Positions 9,187-18,869 of a DNA stretch of 64,000 nucleotides are shown here, piece after piece. A model generated the notes under the pieces. It ran no database searches. It was not told the origin of the DNA and saw only the letters and a list, made by a program, of their open reading frames with translations. Both the position numbers and the translations under genes were made by a program. Source of the stretch: Alphaproteobacteria bacterium. Lineage in GTDB: Bacteria; Pseudomonadota; Alphaproteobacteria; Paracaedibacterales; CAITNM01. The stretch spans positions 36,466 to 100,465 of the forward strand of contig CANKYV010000002.1 in NCBI GenBank assembly GCA_947487955.1. Direction: 5' to 3'. Numbering within the stretch: the stretch's first letter is position 1; every line of letters starts with the position of its first letter.

Positions 9187-10047
9187 ATGTCAATACCAAC
9201 TAGACCATCATTAGGAAAGGGACTTGCTGCACTACTTGGAGATGCGAATATTTCTCACGCACAGCAAACACCTCAATCTATTGATATTATGAAAATTCAG
9301 CCAGGACGCAATCAGCCACGCCAAGAATTTTCCTCTGAAAATTTAACGGATTTAGCGCTATCAATTCAACGCAAGGGGATTCTGCAACCTTTATTGGTAA
9401 GATCTATTCAACCAGGTAAGTTTGAAATTATTGCTGGAGAAAGGCGCTGGAGAGCCGCACAGCAAGCAAAACTTGAACGAGTTCCAGTAGTCATTATAAA
9501 TTGCAATGACCAAGAAGCTTTAGAGATAGGTTTAATTGAAAATCTTCAGCGTCACGACCTAAATCCAATTGAAGAAGCAGAAGCAATTAGAAGACTTCAG
9601 GAAGAATTTAATTTAACCCAAGAACAAATTGCAAATAGTATTGGCAAAAGTCGAAGTTACGTTGCCAATATGGTGCGCCTAACATTACTCTCACCAAACA
9701 TAAAAACACTTATTTTCGACAATAAATTAAGCGCCGGACATGCCCGCGCAATAATAACATCAGAAAACCCAAATGAACTCGCTGAACAAATTCTAGAAAA
9801 AAAACTCAACGTAAGAGATGCAGAAAAACTGGCCAAAGAAACAAAGCATCCCAAACCAAAAAAAGCAAGTGGCGGGACGCAGTATATCGGCCCTATGGAT
9901 ACAGACATACAAGTTATTACTGATCTGTTGGGAGATGCTCTTAATATGAAGGTTGACCTTACAGTCAAAGGAGAGGCGGGCACTCTCACTATTCACTTTC
10001 AAAAGCTAACACAGCTTGATATTTTGCTTAATCGTTTACAAAGATAG
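9187..10047 (+). CDS. parB: Chromosome partitioning protein ParB (Spo0J)
   Basis: N-terminal GLGKGLAALLG and the ParB box IIAGERRWRAA, with an HTH region. 286 aa. Confidence 0.9.
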   Translation: MSIPTRPSLGKGLAALLGDANISHAQQTPQSIDIMKIQPGRNQPRQEFSSENLTDLALSIQRKGILQPLLVRSIQPGKFEIIAGERRWRAAQQAKLERVPVVIINCNDQEALEIGLIENLQRHDLNPIEEAEAIRRLQEEFNLTQEQIANSIGKSRSYVANMVRLTLLSPNIKTLIFDNKLSAGHARAIITSENPNELAEQILEKKLNVRDAEKLAKETKHPKPKKASGGTQYIGPMDTDIQVITDLLGDALNMKVDLTVKGEAGTLTIHFQKLTQLDILLNRLQR

Positions 10048-10048
10048 T

Positions 10049-10134
10049 TGGTGGAAGGGGTAGGGTTCGAACCTACGTAGACATACGTCGGCAGATTTAC
10101 AGTCTGCTGCCTTTAACCACTCGGCCACCCTTCC
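10049..10134 (-). tRNA. tRNA-Tyr (anticodon GTA), encoded CCA, long variable arm
   Basis: The reverse complement is GGAAGGGTGGCCGAGTGGTTAAAGGCAGCAGACTGTAAATCTGCCGACGTATGTCTACGTAGGTTCGAACCCTACCCCTTCCACCA. The acceptor stem is GGAAGGG/CCCTTCC, the anticodon stem-loop is GCAGA-CTGTAAA-TCTGC, and the T-loop is GGTTCGAACC. Confidence 0.9.
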
Positions 10135-10315
10135 AAAGGTTTGACAACAATAAGAAATTTTAAGTGAACCGTCAAATAAAAACATAAATTAAATAGACCA
10201 ATTCTCAACAAATTAAGAAAGTTTTTTGGAAAAACCCAAACTCCTCTAAAGGAATTTCTTGCTATTCGTCTAAAAAATTCTCATAATTTTATTAAAATAT
10301 TCTTTTTTTAATAGT

Positions 10316-11641
10316 ATGCCATCTATAACGCTTTCAAATGTTTACAAAGTTCAGTGGCACGAGGGAATGCTTCTCAGCCCTCAGCACTTTCAATATGGCG
10401 AGCAAAGGCTTGAGCAGTTATTTTATACATCAACTCTCTGTGGCGCTTACACTGGGTGGGGACTTTTAGAATTTGATATCGATAGAAATATGCTTAGCCA
10501 AGGCATTATAGAGGTATCACAACTTTTCGCCATTCTTCCAGATGGCACAATTGTGCTACATAGTTCAGAAAATACAAAAACACCACAACAAACACTTACC
10601 TTAAGATATAACTTAAATGATTTAGGTTTAAAAAATGCAACAGAAGTTACCATTTGTTTGTGCCTTTATAAGACAACTGATAGTAACAAACGTTATGATT
10701 CAGTTGAATACACCAATATCAGTGATGAAAATAGTGCAGACAATGTAATTAATCTCCCCATCCTGCGTCCCAAAATATTTCTAAATCCTGATGTTGTCCC
10801 CAATGAATGCAGTGGATTTCCATTAATAAAGCTCACATTCGATGGAAAACAATTCTCAATGCAGCCATTTCTTCCTGCATCTTTAATAATTCCTATTAAT
10901 CATCCAATTAGAAAATTATTAATGGAAATTGTTTTAAATGTCCGTCAAAAAGCTGCGTATCTTATTAACAAATCTCAGCAAGTAACTTCTGCTTCTATTT
11001 TTCGAGAAACACAGGTAACACTAAAACCACTTATATCGTGCCTTTGTATTCTTGAACCCTTAGTAGGACAAGAAAAACTACACCCCGAAAGATTATTTGA
11101 TCATTTAGTTAATGTTGCTGCTCACTTGTTGCCTCTCCAAACAACACAAATTCCTGGCATACTACCAACCTATGATCCCTTTGACCCAGGCAACAGTATT
11201 GGGTACTTTTTAAAAATTTTTGAAAAAACTATAGCATCCATACAACAACGTTATTTAAGTATACCGTTTCATCAGCAGGACAGACTCTTTTATCTTCATA
11301 TACAACCCCCATATATAACAGACGATCTATACGTAGGATTTCGCTGCCCCCCAGGCATGAGTGAAAAGCAAATGTATGATTGGGTTCAAGAAGCCATCAT
11401 TAGTTCAGACGAGAAAATTGAAGTCGTCACAACACGACGAATTTCAGGCGCTATCAGAACTTCGGTGCAAGAAGAGCTAGATGATCTTATACCTAATTCT
11501 AACACGTTAGTGTTCAAGATCAAAAAAGGAGATGAATTTGTCAAAGCAAAAAACAATCTAAATATTTTCAATCCTGGAGATACTCAAGAAAAGCGGCCAC
11601 TAGATATTACTCTTTTTGTTCGCCAGGATGACTCCCCATGA
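10316..11641 (+). CDS. tssK: Type VI secretion baseplate/membrane-complex connector TssK (ImpJ/VasE)
   Basis: 441 aa. The N-terminus KVQWHEGMLLSPQHFQYGEQRLE matches the hallmark TssK start (W.EGm.L.PQHFQQ.dRy). Its stop overlaps the tssL start (ATGA). Confidence 0.85.
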   Translation: MPSITLSNVYKVQWHEGMLLSPQHFQYGEQRLEQLFYTSTLCGAYTGWGLLEFDIDRNMLSQGIIEVSQLFAILPDGTIVLHSSENTKTPQQTLTLRYNLNDLGLKNATEVTICLCLYKTTDSNKRYDSVEYTNISDENSADNVINLPILRPKIFLNPDVVPNECSGFPLIKLTFDGKQFSMQPFLPASLIIPINHPIRKLLMEIVLNVRQKAAYLINKSQQVTSASIFRETQVTLKPLISCLCILEPLVGQEKLHPERLFDHLVNVAAHLLPLQTTQIPGILPTYDPFDPGNSIGYFLKIFEKTIASIQQRYLSIPFHQQDRLFYLHIQPPYITDDLYVGFRCPPGMSEKQMYDWVQEAIISSDEKIEVVTTRRISGAIRTSVQEELDDLIPNSNTLVFKIKKGDEFVKAKNNLNIFNPGDTQEKRPLDITLFVRQDDSP

Positions 11642-12438
11642 AAACACCCAGCCTTTTTCACCACGGTATAATAAGCGAAGAATTTGATGTTTTCTATTAT
11701 GAACTTTTGCACGTTAAAGAAGCAGCACTAAGAAGCTATACTGCGCCTTCAATAATAGCAGAAGAACAAACTGATGATTCAAAAACAATTACGGTTTCTG
11801 GTCCTGTTCTTTCTCTACAAGAACGATTAACTACATTTTTTGATCAGCAACGCGAACGATTTAACAGAATTTCTATCGGACCAAATGCTATTTTTATACA
11901 AGAAGCACAATATGTTTTTGTAAGCTTAGCTGATGAAATAATGATCAATCAGGCATGGCACGGCGCAGATTACTGGCGGCAAAACTGCCTTGAAATTAAA
12001 ATTTTTCAAACGCAAGTTGCTGGAGAGCGAATATTCACACAAATAGAAAGTCTTTTAAAAACAAATGATCCTTTGCAGCGTGAACTTGCAAGGGTTTATC
12101 TTTTGTCTCTTTCCCTAGGTTTTCAAGGACGCTTTCGAGGACAGAGAGGGTTGCAAATTTTATCCTACAAACAACAACTTTTTAGTTTTATTTATCATCG
12201 CTCACCAACACTCACACAAGGAGAACATGATTATATAATAGATGACTCCTTAAAATTTGTTTTTACCGAAGCACCCACCAAGGGACTTCCTGACATAAGA
12301 CCCTGGTCATTAGCAGCCTTAAGTGTATTGCTAATCTATTTATTTGTAAGCTATGGAATATGGATAATTATCTCCCAAGACCTTCATGAAGTTCTTGAGG
12401 GTATTTTTCATCTTACAAAGCAAGGACCGGTAGTTTAA
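11638..12438 (+). CDS. tssL: Type VI secretion membrane protein TssL (DotU/IcmH family)
   Basis: 266 aa with a cytoplasmic DotU-like domain (YLLSLSLGFQGRFRG) and a single C-terminal TM helix (WSLAALSVLLIYLFVSYGIWIII). There is no OmpA/peptidoglycan-binding extension. It is coupled to tssM (TAATG). Confidence 0.8.
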   Translation: MKTPSLFHHGIISEEFDVFYYELLHVKEAALRSYTAPSIIAEEQTDDSKTITVSGPVLSLQERLTTFFDQQRERFNRISIGPNAIFIQEAQYVFVSLADEIMINQAWHGADYWRQNCLEIKIFQTQVAGERIFTQIESLLKTNDPLQRELARVYLLSLSLGFQGRFRGQRGLQILSYKQQLFSFIYHRSPTLTQGEHDYIIDDSLKFVFTEAPTKGLPDIRPWSLAALSVLLIYLFVSYGIWIIISQDLHEVLEGIFHLTKQGPVV

Positions 12439-15400
12439 TGGGCCCTAATACTTCTAATATGTTTTTTGACTTCATTCAATTTATACAAAACCAAACAAGC
12501 AGCCTACACAGCCTTATCTTCTCATTATTGTTTTTTGGTTTAGTGATTATGTTGATATGTGCACTCGTTATTAACATGAGTATTAATAAAAATAAGCCTA
12601 TAAATCTTAATGAAAAAAAGTCCTTCTTTAAAAGAAAATTTTCTCTACCCCCACTTGGGGGGGTGGTCACCTCTTTTTTAGTAAAAAATAGATGGATAGA
12701 AGTTAACTCAATTAGTCAAATTTTTCTAAAAGGGCTGGGGTTTTTAAAAAAGCATTTTGGAGAATATGCCTTATACAGACTGCCTTGGTACTTGGTACTT
12801 GGCGCAAAAGACTCAGGAAAATCCACCCTTGTAAACCATACTCAGTTACATGAGCCACACAGTAGTCCAGATTTCAGTTTTCATGAACCAAACCCATCAA
12901 TTCAATGGAAATTTTTTAGCAGGGGTGTACTTATAGATGTCGCTGGTCGATTATTTCTAAATAATCCCGAGACAGAAACTGACACAAATTCCTGGCGCAA
13001 TCTTCTCATTCTCCTAGCGCGATATAGAGCTCAAAGACCTTTAAATGGTATTGTGCTGTGTATAAATGCAAAAGATCTTTATGGAAAAGAAAAGTTATCA
13101 CCCGATGCATTGCAAATTCGAGCAAATGCGATGTTACACACTCTAAGCAGAACACAAACCAGTTTACGCATACGCTTACCTATTTATGTGATTGTTACTC
13201 ATTGTGATGCAATCCCCGGATTTCAAAGTTTTGTTCAAGAATTGCCAACAAAAAATCAGGGAAATATACTGGGCTGGTCAAGCCCTTATAACCTACAGTC
13301 CCTTTATTCACCAAGCTGGATTGAAGAAGCCTTTCAATATCTTGATGAAAAAATTGACAACTTACGAACTGAACTTTTAAGTTCGGAAATAAATCCAAAT
13401 AATGCGGATGGGTTGTTTGTTTTCTCAAAAGAGCTTTTAACAATCAATGAAAATCTTTGCGGATACTTAAATCGTATTTTTCACAATAGTGCAACTCATG
13501 AAGCCCCAATCCTTCGAGGAATATATTTCACCGGTAACAGCGTTACACACGATTCAAATTTATCACTTACAAACGAACCTTCTTCGCAGCTATCACTCGA
13601 AGCACATTCAAATTCATCCATGTCGCTTGTGTTTTTGGAAGATTTATTTCAAGCAAAAATCTTCTCGGAAATAGGCATTGCTAAGCCTTTAATAGGAAAA
13701 ATTAGAACATTAAACCGAGGAGTAAGCTTAATTAGAAATGCAACTATATGTTTCACATTACTTGCAACTTATGGGCTATTTAATGCTTACGATACATTTG
13801 AAGAAAAAAAAGAACGAATTCTGCCTGTATTATCAAAAATGAGTGGTCTTTTAAGAGATATGCAACATTTAAAAATTGATGAGCCTGGACACTCCGGATC
13901 TTTGTTTGATACGTACGCACGCCAACTCCTTGAAATGATGCAAGAACTTCAACAAACCGAATTTTTTTCTGCTGCTGTTCCTGCTTCATGGTTTAGCCCA
14001 CTACATAAAGATTTACACGTAAGCTTACAGGTTGCCTATCAGGAAATAGTAATTCGTACAATTTATGTAGACTTGCTAATGAAAGCCAGAAATTTATTGC
14101 AGTTACGCCCAACAACCGCAGATCGATCAAATTCTCTAGCAGCACTTTTAAATCCTTTAACATCAAGCGAATATCTTCTCTTAAAGAAGTATGTTGAAGG
14201 CCTGCATGAACTAAATGACATGCTCTATAAGTTTAATAATTTAAAAAGTGCGCCCGATGCTCGAGACCTTGATAGTCTAGTTATGTACACCTTTAATGCA
14301 CACTTGCCAGAAACCTTTATTGGGCAATACGCAGGCTTTCGAAAGCTCTTAAACGAATCTGCTTATCCTTTAATAGATTTAAAGCCTTACCAGCAAATGG
14401 CTCGTCAAACTCTCTCTATCCTCTATGAAAATTTTTTAAATGCTCTATTTTCTAAAAATGACCCCTTAACACTCGTGTCGCGCATCCAAATTTTGATCGA
14501 TCAGCTACAAAGCCAAAATGAAAGACGTCTACTCGATCTCACTAGTCTTAGAAATGCCGTTGGAGATTTAACTATAACAGTACCATCTTTAGGAGAGCTT
14601 GGCTCAACTTGGATGGATGGAAAAAATTTCATGCCAGGAAAAGAATTTGACAAAATCCTAGATCACATTGACATGTCTCCTCTTTTTGGTCGCGATGTGA
14701 CTCAGTATCTAGTTGATCAAACTGCAATCGGCTTTAATCGTTTCAAAGCCTTTCTAGCAATGATCAATGACTCCTTGACAGATAAAAGCCTTAATCAGAA
14801 AGCATTGCCCTCTTCTCAGGGCCTATTAACCCTAGAAAAATACCTAACTTCCTTATTTAAGCTAAGCTTCATGGGGGCTCCTTCTGGCAAACCACTAACT
14901 ACAAAAATTCCAACAGGCAAGCTTGTATACTGGGACTTAAGCCTTGTACAGGCTGCCTATAACACAATGAAAGAATTTGACACCTTCATCAGTAAAGACT
15001 TATTGGCGTACCCAATATCAGTTCAAGAAAACATAAAAATAGCCGCCAGAATAAACTTACAAGAAGTCTTAATTGCAACACTTGGACGAGCCCAAACATT
15101 CATAGATACCCCAAAAGATATAAAGCCAGGAACAGAATCTGAACGCATATTGCGCGCTCAAATTAATGACTTTAAAGCCGTTGTTGATCCTCTTGGAAAG
15201 CTATTAGAGACTCTAAAACAAGACGATGTTAGCAAAGCTTACATAGACCTTCGTAATATACTCTGTAATCAGTCACAGTGGCTTCTTACCCATATTGATA
15301 CCTACATTAAGCAACATAAACTTTACAAAATGAAGCTTGATGATTTTGAATGGTGGGACGGAAAACCAGGCGCATCTGTTGCGGCTTTTGCTGTTCATGA

Positions 15401-16727
15401 TATCAATGATTTGAAGCACTACACAACTGTTCAGCGAGAATTACTAGTTGCTTCTATAAATGATTTTGCAAAACCAATTGTATCACTTCTTAAAACGCCC
15501 GCATTTGATGGAGCAGAAGACAGAGATGAAGAGCTTATTGAACGCTGGATAAGATTAACAGAACAGGTAGAAGCTTATAACAAAAAACAACCAAATAATT
15601 CACTTGCTCAACTTGAGAATTTTATTCTCAAAGATCTAAATGCTAGTAATTATAAAGATGCGCTTAAAAAGCTAAAACTCAAAGAACTCAACGAGATATC
15701 TGGCGATTATTTACTTGAAATTTTACGAGAAATTAAAGTAAAAATTTTGTCTCGCGCTGAAGCTTTACAGCGCCAACAAGCTATTGAAAATTACGAAAAT
15801 CTTGCTCTGTTTTTTAACAAAAATCTAAGAGGAAAATTTCCTTTTGTTGGTGCCGCTCTTGAAAAAAACACCGGAGAAGCAAATCCCGAAGACCTTCGTG
15901 AGTTTTTTGATTTATTCAAAGACTATGGTAACTCAACCAAAGAAATTCTAGATCAACTATACCAAATTGGCACTGACATGAAAGAAGTTGTGCAATTTTT
16001 GCTTGCAATGGAAGATGTTCGTCAGTTCCTTAATGCATACTTAAAAGATCCCAACGCAGATAAACCAACTTTCAATATTAAAGTTGATTTTAGAACTGCG
16101 CGCGATAAAGAAAGAGGCGGCAATATTATTGTTGATTGGTACTTAAAAACAGATGAAATAACCACTATTGATAAGCAAGATAAAAAAACCGAAGGAACTT
16201 GGTCGTTTGGCAAGCCTGTAACGGTCGGTTTTAAATGGCCAGAGACAGGAAAAACCCCCAAACCAACATCTGATTCAGGCCAAGCTTCTTTGAAAGTTGA
16301 AGATTCCACAGCTGAATTTGTCTATGATAGCCAATGGGCATTGCTATGGTTAATTCGCGATCATCTAGCCCCAGAAGGATCCTACTCTAAAATTGCCGCC
16401 CCTAATCCGTACGTCCTAAAATTCAGCATGCCCTTAACCGATCAAACATTTACAACCGTGTACTGCTCTATAAGCCTTCTTGATTCCTCTGGTAAACCCA
16501 AGGGCTCACCAAAAATTATTACAATACCTACATTTCCAACTTTAGCACCAGATTTACCCAAAAAAGCCAAAGAAATAAAAGATAACCCAGTCTTAACCGA
16601 AGGAACAATAGAAGCCGTAGATTTTGATACCCTTATTGGCAAGCAAAAAAACACACCAAAAGAAGAAACGACTGATGGCCCTCAGGAAGCCCCTGAAGAA
16701 AAAGATAAAGAAGAGGGGGATCAATGA
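12438..16727 (+). CDS. tssM: Type VI secretion membrane protein TssM (IcmF family), long form
   Basis: 1429 aa with an N-terminal TM, a Walker A NTPase motif (WYLVLGAKDSGKSTLV), a further TM at about aa 430-450, a large periplasmic IcmF-like region (NLRGKFPFVGAALEKN...EDLREFFDLF) and an acidic low-complexity tail (EAPEEKDKEEGDQ). Confidence 0.85.
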   Translation: MGPNTSNMFFDFIQFIQNQTSSLHSLIFSLLFFGLVIMLICALVINMSINKNKPINLNEKKSFFKRKFSLPPLGGVVTSFLVKNRWIEVNSISQIFLKGLGFLKKHFGEYALYRLPWYLVLGAKDSGKSTLVNHTQLHEPHSSPDFSFHEPNPSIQWKFFSRGVLIDVAGRLFLNNPETETDTNSWRNLLILLARYRAQRPLNGIVLCINAKDLYGKEKLSPDALQIRANAMLHTLSRTQTSLRIRLPIYVIVTHCDAIPGFQSFVQELPTKNQGNILGWSSPYNLQSLYSPSWIEEAFQYLDEKIDNLRTELLSSEINPNNADGLFVFSKELLTINENLCGYLNRIFHNSATHEAPILRGIYFTGNSVTHDSNLSLTNEPSSQLSLEAHSNSSMSLVFLEDLFQAKIFSEIGIAKPLIGKIRTLNRGVSLIRNATICFTLLATYGLFNAYDTFEEKKERILPVLSKMSGLLRDMQHLKIDEPGHSGSLFDTYARQLLEMMQELQQTEFFSAAVPASWFSPLHKDLHVSLQVAYQEIVIRTIYVDLLMKARNLLQLRPTTADRSNSLAALLNPLTSSEYLLLKKYVEGLHELNDMLYKFNNLKSAPDARDLDSLVMYTFNAHLPETFIGQYAGFRKLLNESAYPLIDLKPYQQMARQTLSILYENFLNALFSKNDPLTLVSRIQILIDQLQSQNERRLLDLTSLRNAVGDLTITVPSLGELGSTWMDGKNFMPGKEFDKILDHIDMSPLFGRDVTQYLVDQTAIGFNRFKAFLAMINDSLTDKSLNQKALPSSQGLLTLEKYLTSLFKLSFMGAPSGKPLTTKIPTGKLVYWDLSLVQAAYNTMKEFDTFISKDLLAYPISVQENIKIAARINLQEVLIATLGRAQTFIDTPKDIKPGTESERILRAQINDFKAVVDPLGKLLETLKQDDVSKAYIDLRNILCNQSQWLLTHIDTYIKQHKLYKMKLDDFEWWDGKPGASVAAFAVHDINDLKHYTTVQRELLVASINDFAKPIVSLLKTPAFDGAEDRDEELIERWIRLTEQVEAYNKKQPNNSLAQLENFILKDLNASNYKDALKKLKLKELNEISGDYLLEILREIKVKILSRAEALQRQQAIENYENLALFFNKNLRGKFPFVGAALEKNTGEANPEDLREFFDLFKDYGNSTKEILDQLYQIGTDMKEVVQFLLAMEDVRQFLNAYLKDPNADKPTFNIKVDFRTARDKERGGNIIVDWYLKTDEITTIDKQDKKTEGTWSFGKPVTVGFKWPETGKTPKPTSDSGQASLKVEDSTAEFVYDSQWALLWLIRDHLAPEGSYSKIAAPNPYVLKFSMPLTDQTFTTVYCSISLLDSSGKPKGSPKIITIPTFPTLAPDLPKKAKEIKDNPVLTEGTIEAVDFDTLIGKQKNTPKEETTDGPQEAPEEKDKEEGDQ

Positions 16728-17917
16728 GCAATAGCCCCATCTCAACGCCGTCACCTCTTTTTGAGAAATTATTAGCGCCCCTTACCACAAACAATGGTGT
16801 GGGAGAATGGTTACGCTACGATCCTGTTTATGTGAAAATTCGTGATGCAAGGCGCGAAGAAAATGATGGCATGCGCAGAGAAAGCTGGGAAGGAGAGTTA
16901 AAACATGCCGACTGGCAAGAGGTTGAAAACCTTGCTGTCGAGACATTAGAAAAAAAATCAAAAGATTTGCAACTTCTTGCTTGGCTAATAGAAGCAAGAT
17001 TACATTTATATGGTTTAGATGTTTTTTCTGAAGACATAGGGCTCCTACTAGCGTTCATGAAATCTTTTTGGAGCAACTGTTACCCGCAAAAAACAGAAGA
17101 TCCCGAACAAGAATTTCGTACACACATTTTAGAGGCGCTTCTAAGAGCAACAACGGAAACCCTTATTCTTGAGCCGTTTACAGAACTTTCACCAATATTG
17201 AATCAGCCTATAAACTTAGCAAAATGCTACGAAAACGATAGTTTAGAAAAAATGTCTAAAAAAGGGGGGGCGGCCACTGACTCTTATCAAAAAGCCTTGG
17301 CAAATGGCCTCATAACAATAGGCAGAATCAAAAATGCATTTTCTGAGGTAAGCAAAGAAGCAGGCACAACGAAATTGGCCAAGCTAGAAACATGCATACA
17401 AAACCTGAAAGATATCGATGATTTTCTTGATAAAGAAATTGGAAATGAAGGCCCTAATTTTGATGGGATAATTAATCACCTACAAGAAATGAAGGGATTA
17501 TATAGTCTATGCCAAAAAGTTATTAGTGAAAAAACAACAAAAGAAAATCCCTCAACCTCAAAATTAACATCTCCAGAAGAAGAAATTTCTCAAGCACCAG
17601 AAGAAAGTGATCCAAGCAAAAAAACCATAAATGATCGAGCCGGTGTCTATCAAGCAATTCGCCAACTGGGAGATTTTTTGTTAATGTTAGAGCCTCACAG
17701 CCCATCTCCAGCCATCCTAAAGCTTATCGGAGGGTGGGAGAATAAAACTCTATCGCAAATCTTAGTAGAACTACAGTCCGCCCAGCCAGAGACCCGATCA
17801 CTTTTAGAGCTACTGGCTAGAGCAACACAACAAGAAAAAGTTCAACCTACCCCCGCCAACAACAGCCCTCTCGGGTCAATAGACACGAGCGCCCTAAGCA
17901 ATCTAGCCCAAGGATAG
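16724..17917 (+). CDS. tssA: Type VI secretion protein TssA (ImpA N-terminal domain family)
   Basis: 397 aa. It has ImpA_N-type motifs (GEWLRYDPVYVKIRDARREEN; DLQLLAWLIEARL) and the C-terminal motif EPHSPSPAILKLIGGWENKTLSQILVEL, typical of short TssA proteins. It is coupled to tssM (ATGA). Confidence 0.75.
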   Translation: MSNSPISTPSPLFEKLLAPLTTNNGVGEWLRYDPVYVKIRDARREENDGMRRESWEGELKHADWQEVENLAVETLEKKSKDLQLLAWLIEARLHLYGLDVFSEDIGLLLAFMKSFWSNCYPQKTEDPEQEFRTHILEALLRATTETLILEPFTELSPILNQPINLAKCYENDSLEKMSKKGGAATDSYQKALANGLITIGRIKNAFSEVSKEAGTTKLAKLETCIQNLKDIDDFLDKEIGNEGPNFDGIINHLQEMKGLYSLCQKVISEKTTKENPSTSKLTSPEEEISQAPEESDPSKKTINDRAGVYQAIRQLGDFLLMLEPHSPSPAILKLIGGWENKTLSQILVELQSAQPETRSLLELLARATQQEKVQPTPANNSPLGSIDTSALSNLAQG

Positions 17918-18869
17918 ATCCCCCCTCTATTAAGAGGCGAACACTCTTTTCTAAACATTTTATATACAAAGGGTTGTCACCCAAAGCAGGAACCCTACCA
18001 TAAAAAGGAACCCCCCATTCTTTGGCCTTTTTTGCATAGTCAATATCTAGCTCCACTAATGTTTCTGAATGCTCAGAAACAAAAGATACGGGAACAACAA
18101 CCACCGCTCTGTTGTGCTTTGCCGCTCTTTTTAGCTCTTCGTCTATACTTGGGCCAATCCACTCCAACGACCCAACCCTACTTTGATAACAAATTGCATA
18201 ATCCGTATTTTTAAAATTCTTCATTATAGAGGTCACCGTTGCCTCAACTTGACCTTGATAGGGATCTCCATCATCAACAATCTTTTTAGGCAACCCATGG
18301 GCCGAAAAGAGGATCCTAGGGACACCATGTTTAATGGCCTCTTCTAAAATTGGAGAGATTAATTTTTGATGCGCACCTATAAAATCAGGGTCATTAAAAT
18401 AACAGCATCTTGTTACTGTTTTTTCTTGCCATTGGGGGGCTACTTTTTTCCACTCCTCAATCGAAGATAAAGTAGTGGTTGTTGAAAATTGAGGATACAA
18501 GGGTAAAAGCACAACCCGAGATGGATTAAACCCTCCTAAAACCTCAAGCACATCTTTGGCTCTGGGGCGCCAATATCGCATTGCCGGAACAACCAAAACC
18601 TCAAAATCTTTTTCCAAGGATTTCTTTAAAGCTCTTGCTTGCTCAAGGGTATTTTTTAAAATAGGAGATCTTCCCCCCATTAAAGAATATATCCTCTTAG
18701 ACTTTTTGCTACGTTTGAGTGAAATAAATACCGCCAACAAAAAGCGAAATGGATTAGGCAATCTCAAAATTGCCCTATCGTAAAAAAGATTAAACAAAAA
18801 CGGACGAACAGCCCCAAGCGAATCTGGCCCACCAAGGTTTGTCAAAATAACCAAAATTTTAGGCCTCAC
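17847..18869 (-). CDS. hemH: Ferrochelatase, with Cys-rich C-terminal tail (possible [2Fe-2S] type)
   Basis: 340 aa. N-terminus ILVILTNLGGPDSLGAVRPFLFNLFYD, plus the conserved motifs LLPLYPQFS and FSAHGLP. Cys155/156 together with C324, C329, C336 and C337 are in the tail. There is a 4-nt overlap with hemE. Confidence 0.85.
   Translation of the reverse strand: MRPKILVILTNLGGPDSLGAVRPFLFNLFYDRAILRLPNPFRFLLAVFISLKRSKKSKRIYSLMGGRSPILKNTLEQARALKKSLEKDFEVLVVPAMRYWRPRAKDVLEVLGGFNPSRVVLLPLYPQFSTTTTLSSIEEWKKVAPQWQEKTVTRCCYFNDPDFIGAHQKLISPILEEAIKHGVPRILFSAHGLPKKIVDDGDPYQGQVEATVTSIMKNFKNTDYAICYQSRVGSLEWIGPSIDEELKRAAKHNRAVVVVPVSFVSEHSETLVELDIDYAKKAKEWGVPFYGRVPALGDNPLYIKCLEKSVRLLIEGGSILGLDCLGRSCLLTREGCCWRG

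Noticed and set aside
10049-10315. tRNA-Tyr as the integration site of a T6SS genomic island
   Set aside because: The T6SS genes lie on the 5-prime side of the minus-strand tRNA, not its 3-prime end. I found no direct repeat of the tRNA end near 17918, there is no integrase, and composition looks similar to the flanks.
10136-10315. A sigma-54 promoter (TGGCAC-N5-TTGC) upstream of tssK that could link it to NtrX
   Set aside because: No convincing -24/-12 element is visible, and NtrX lacks the GAFTGA sigma-54 contact motif.
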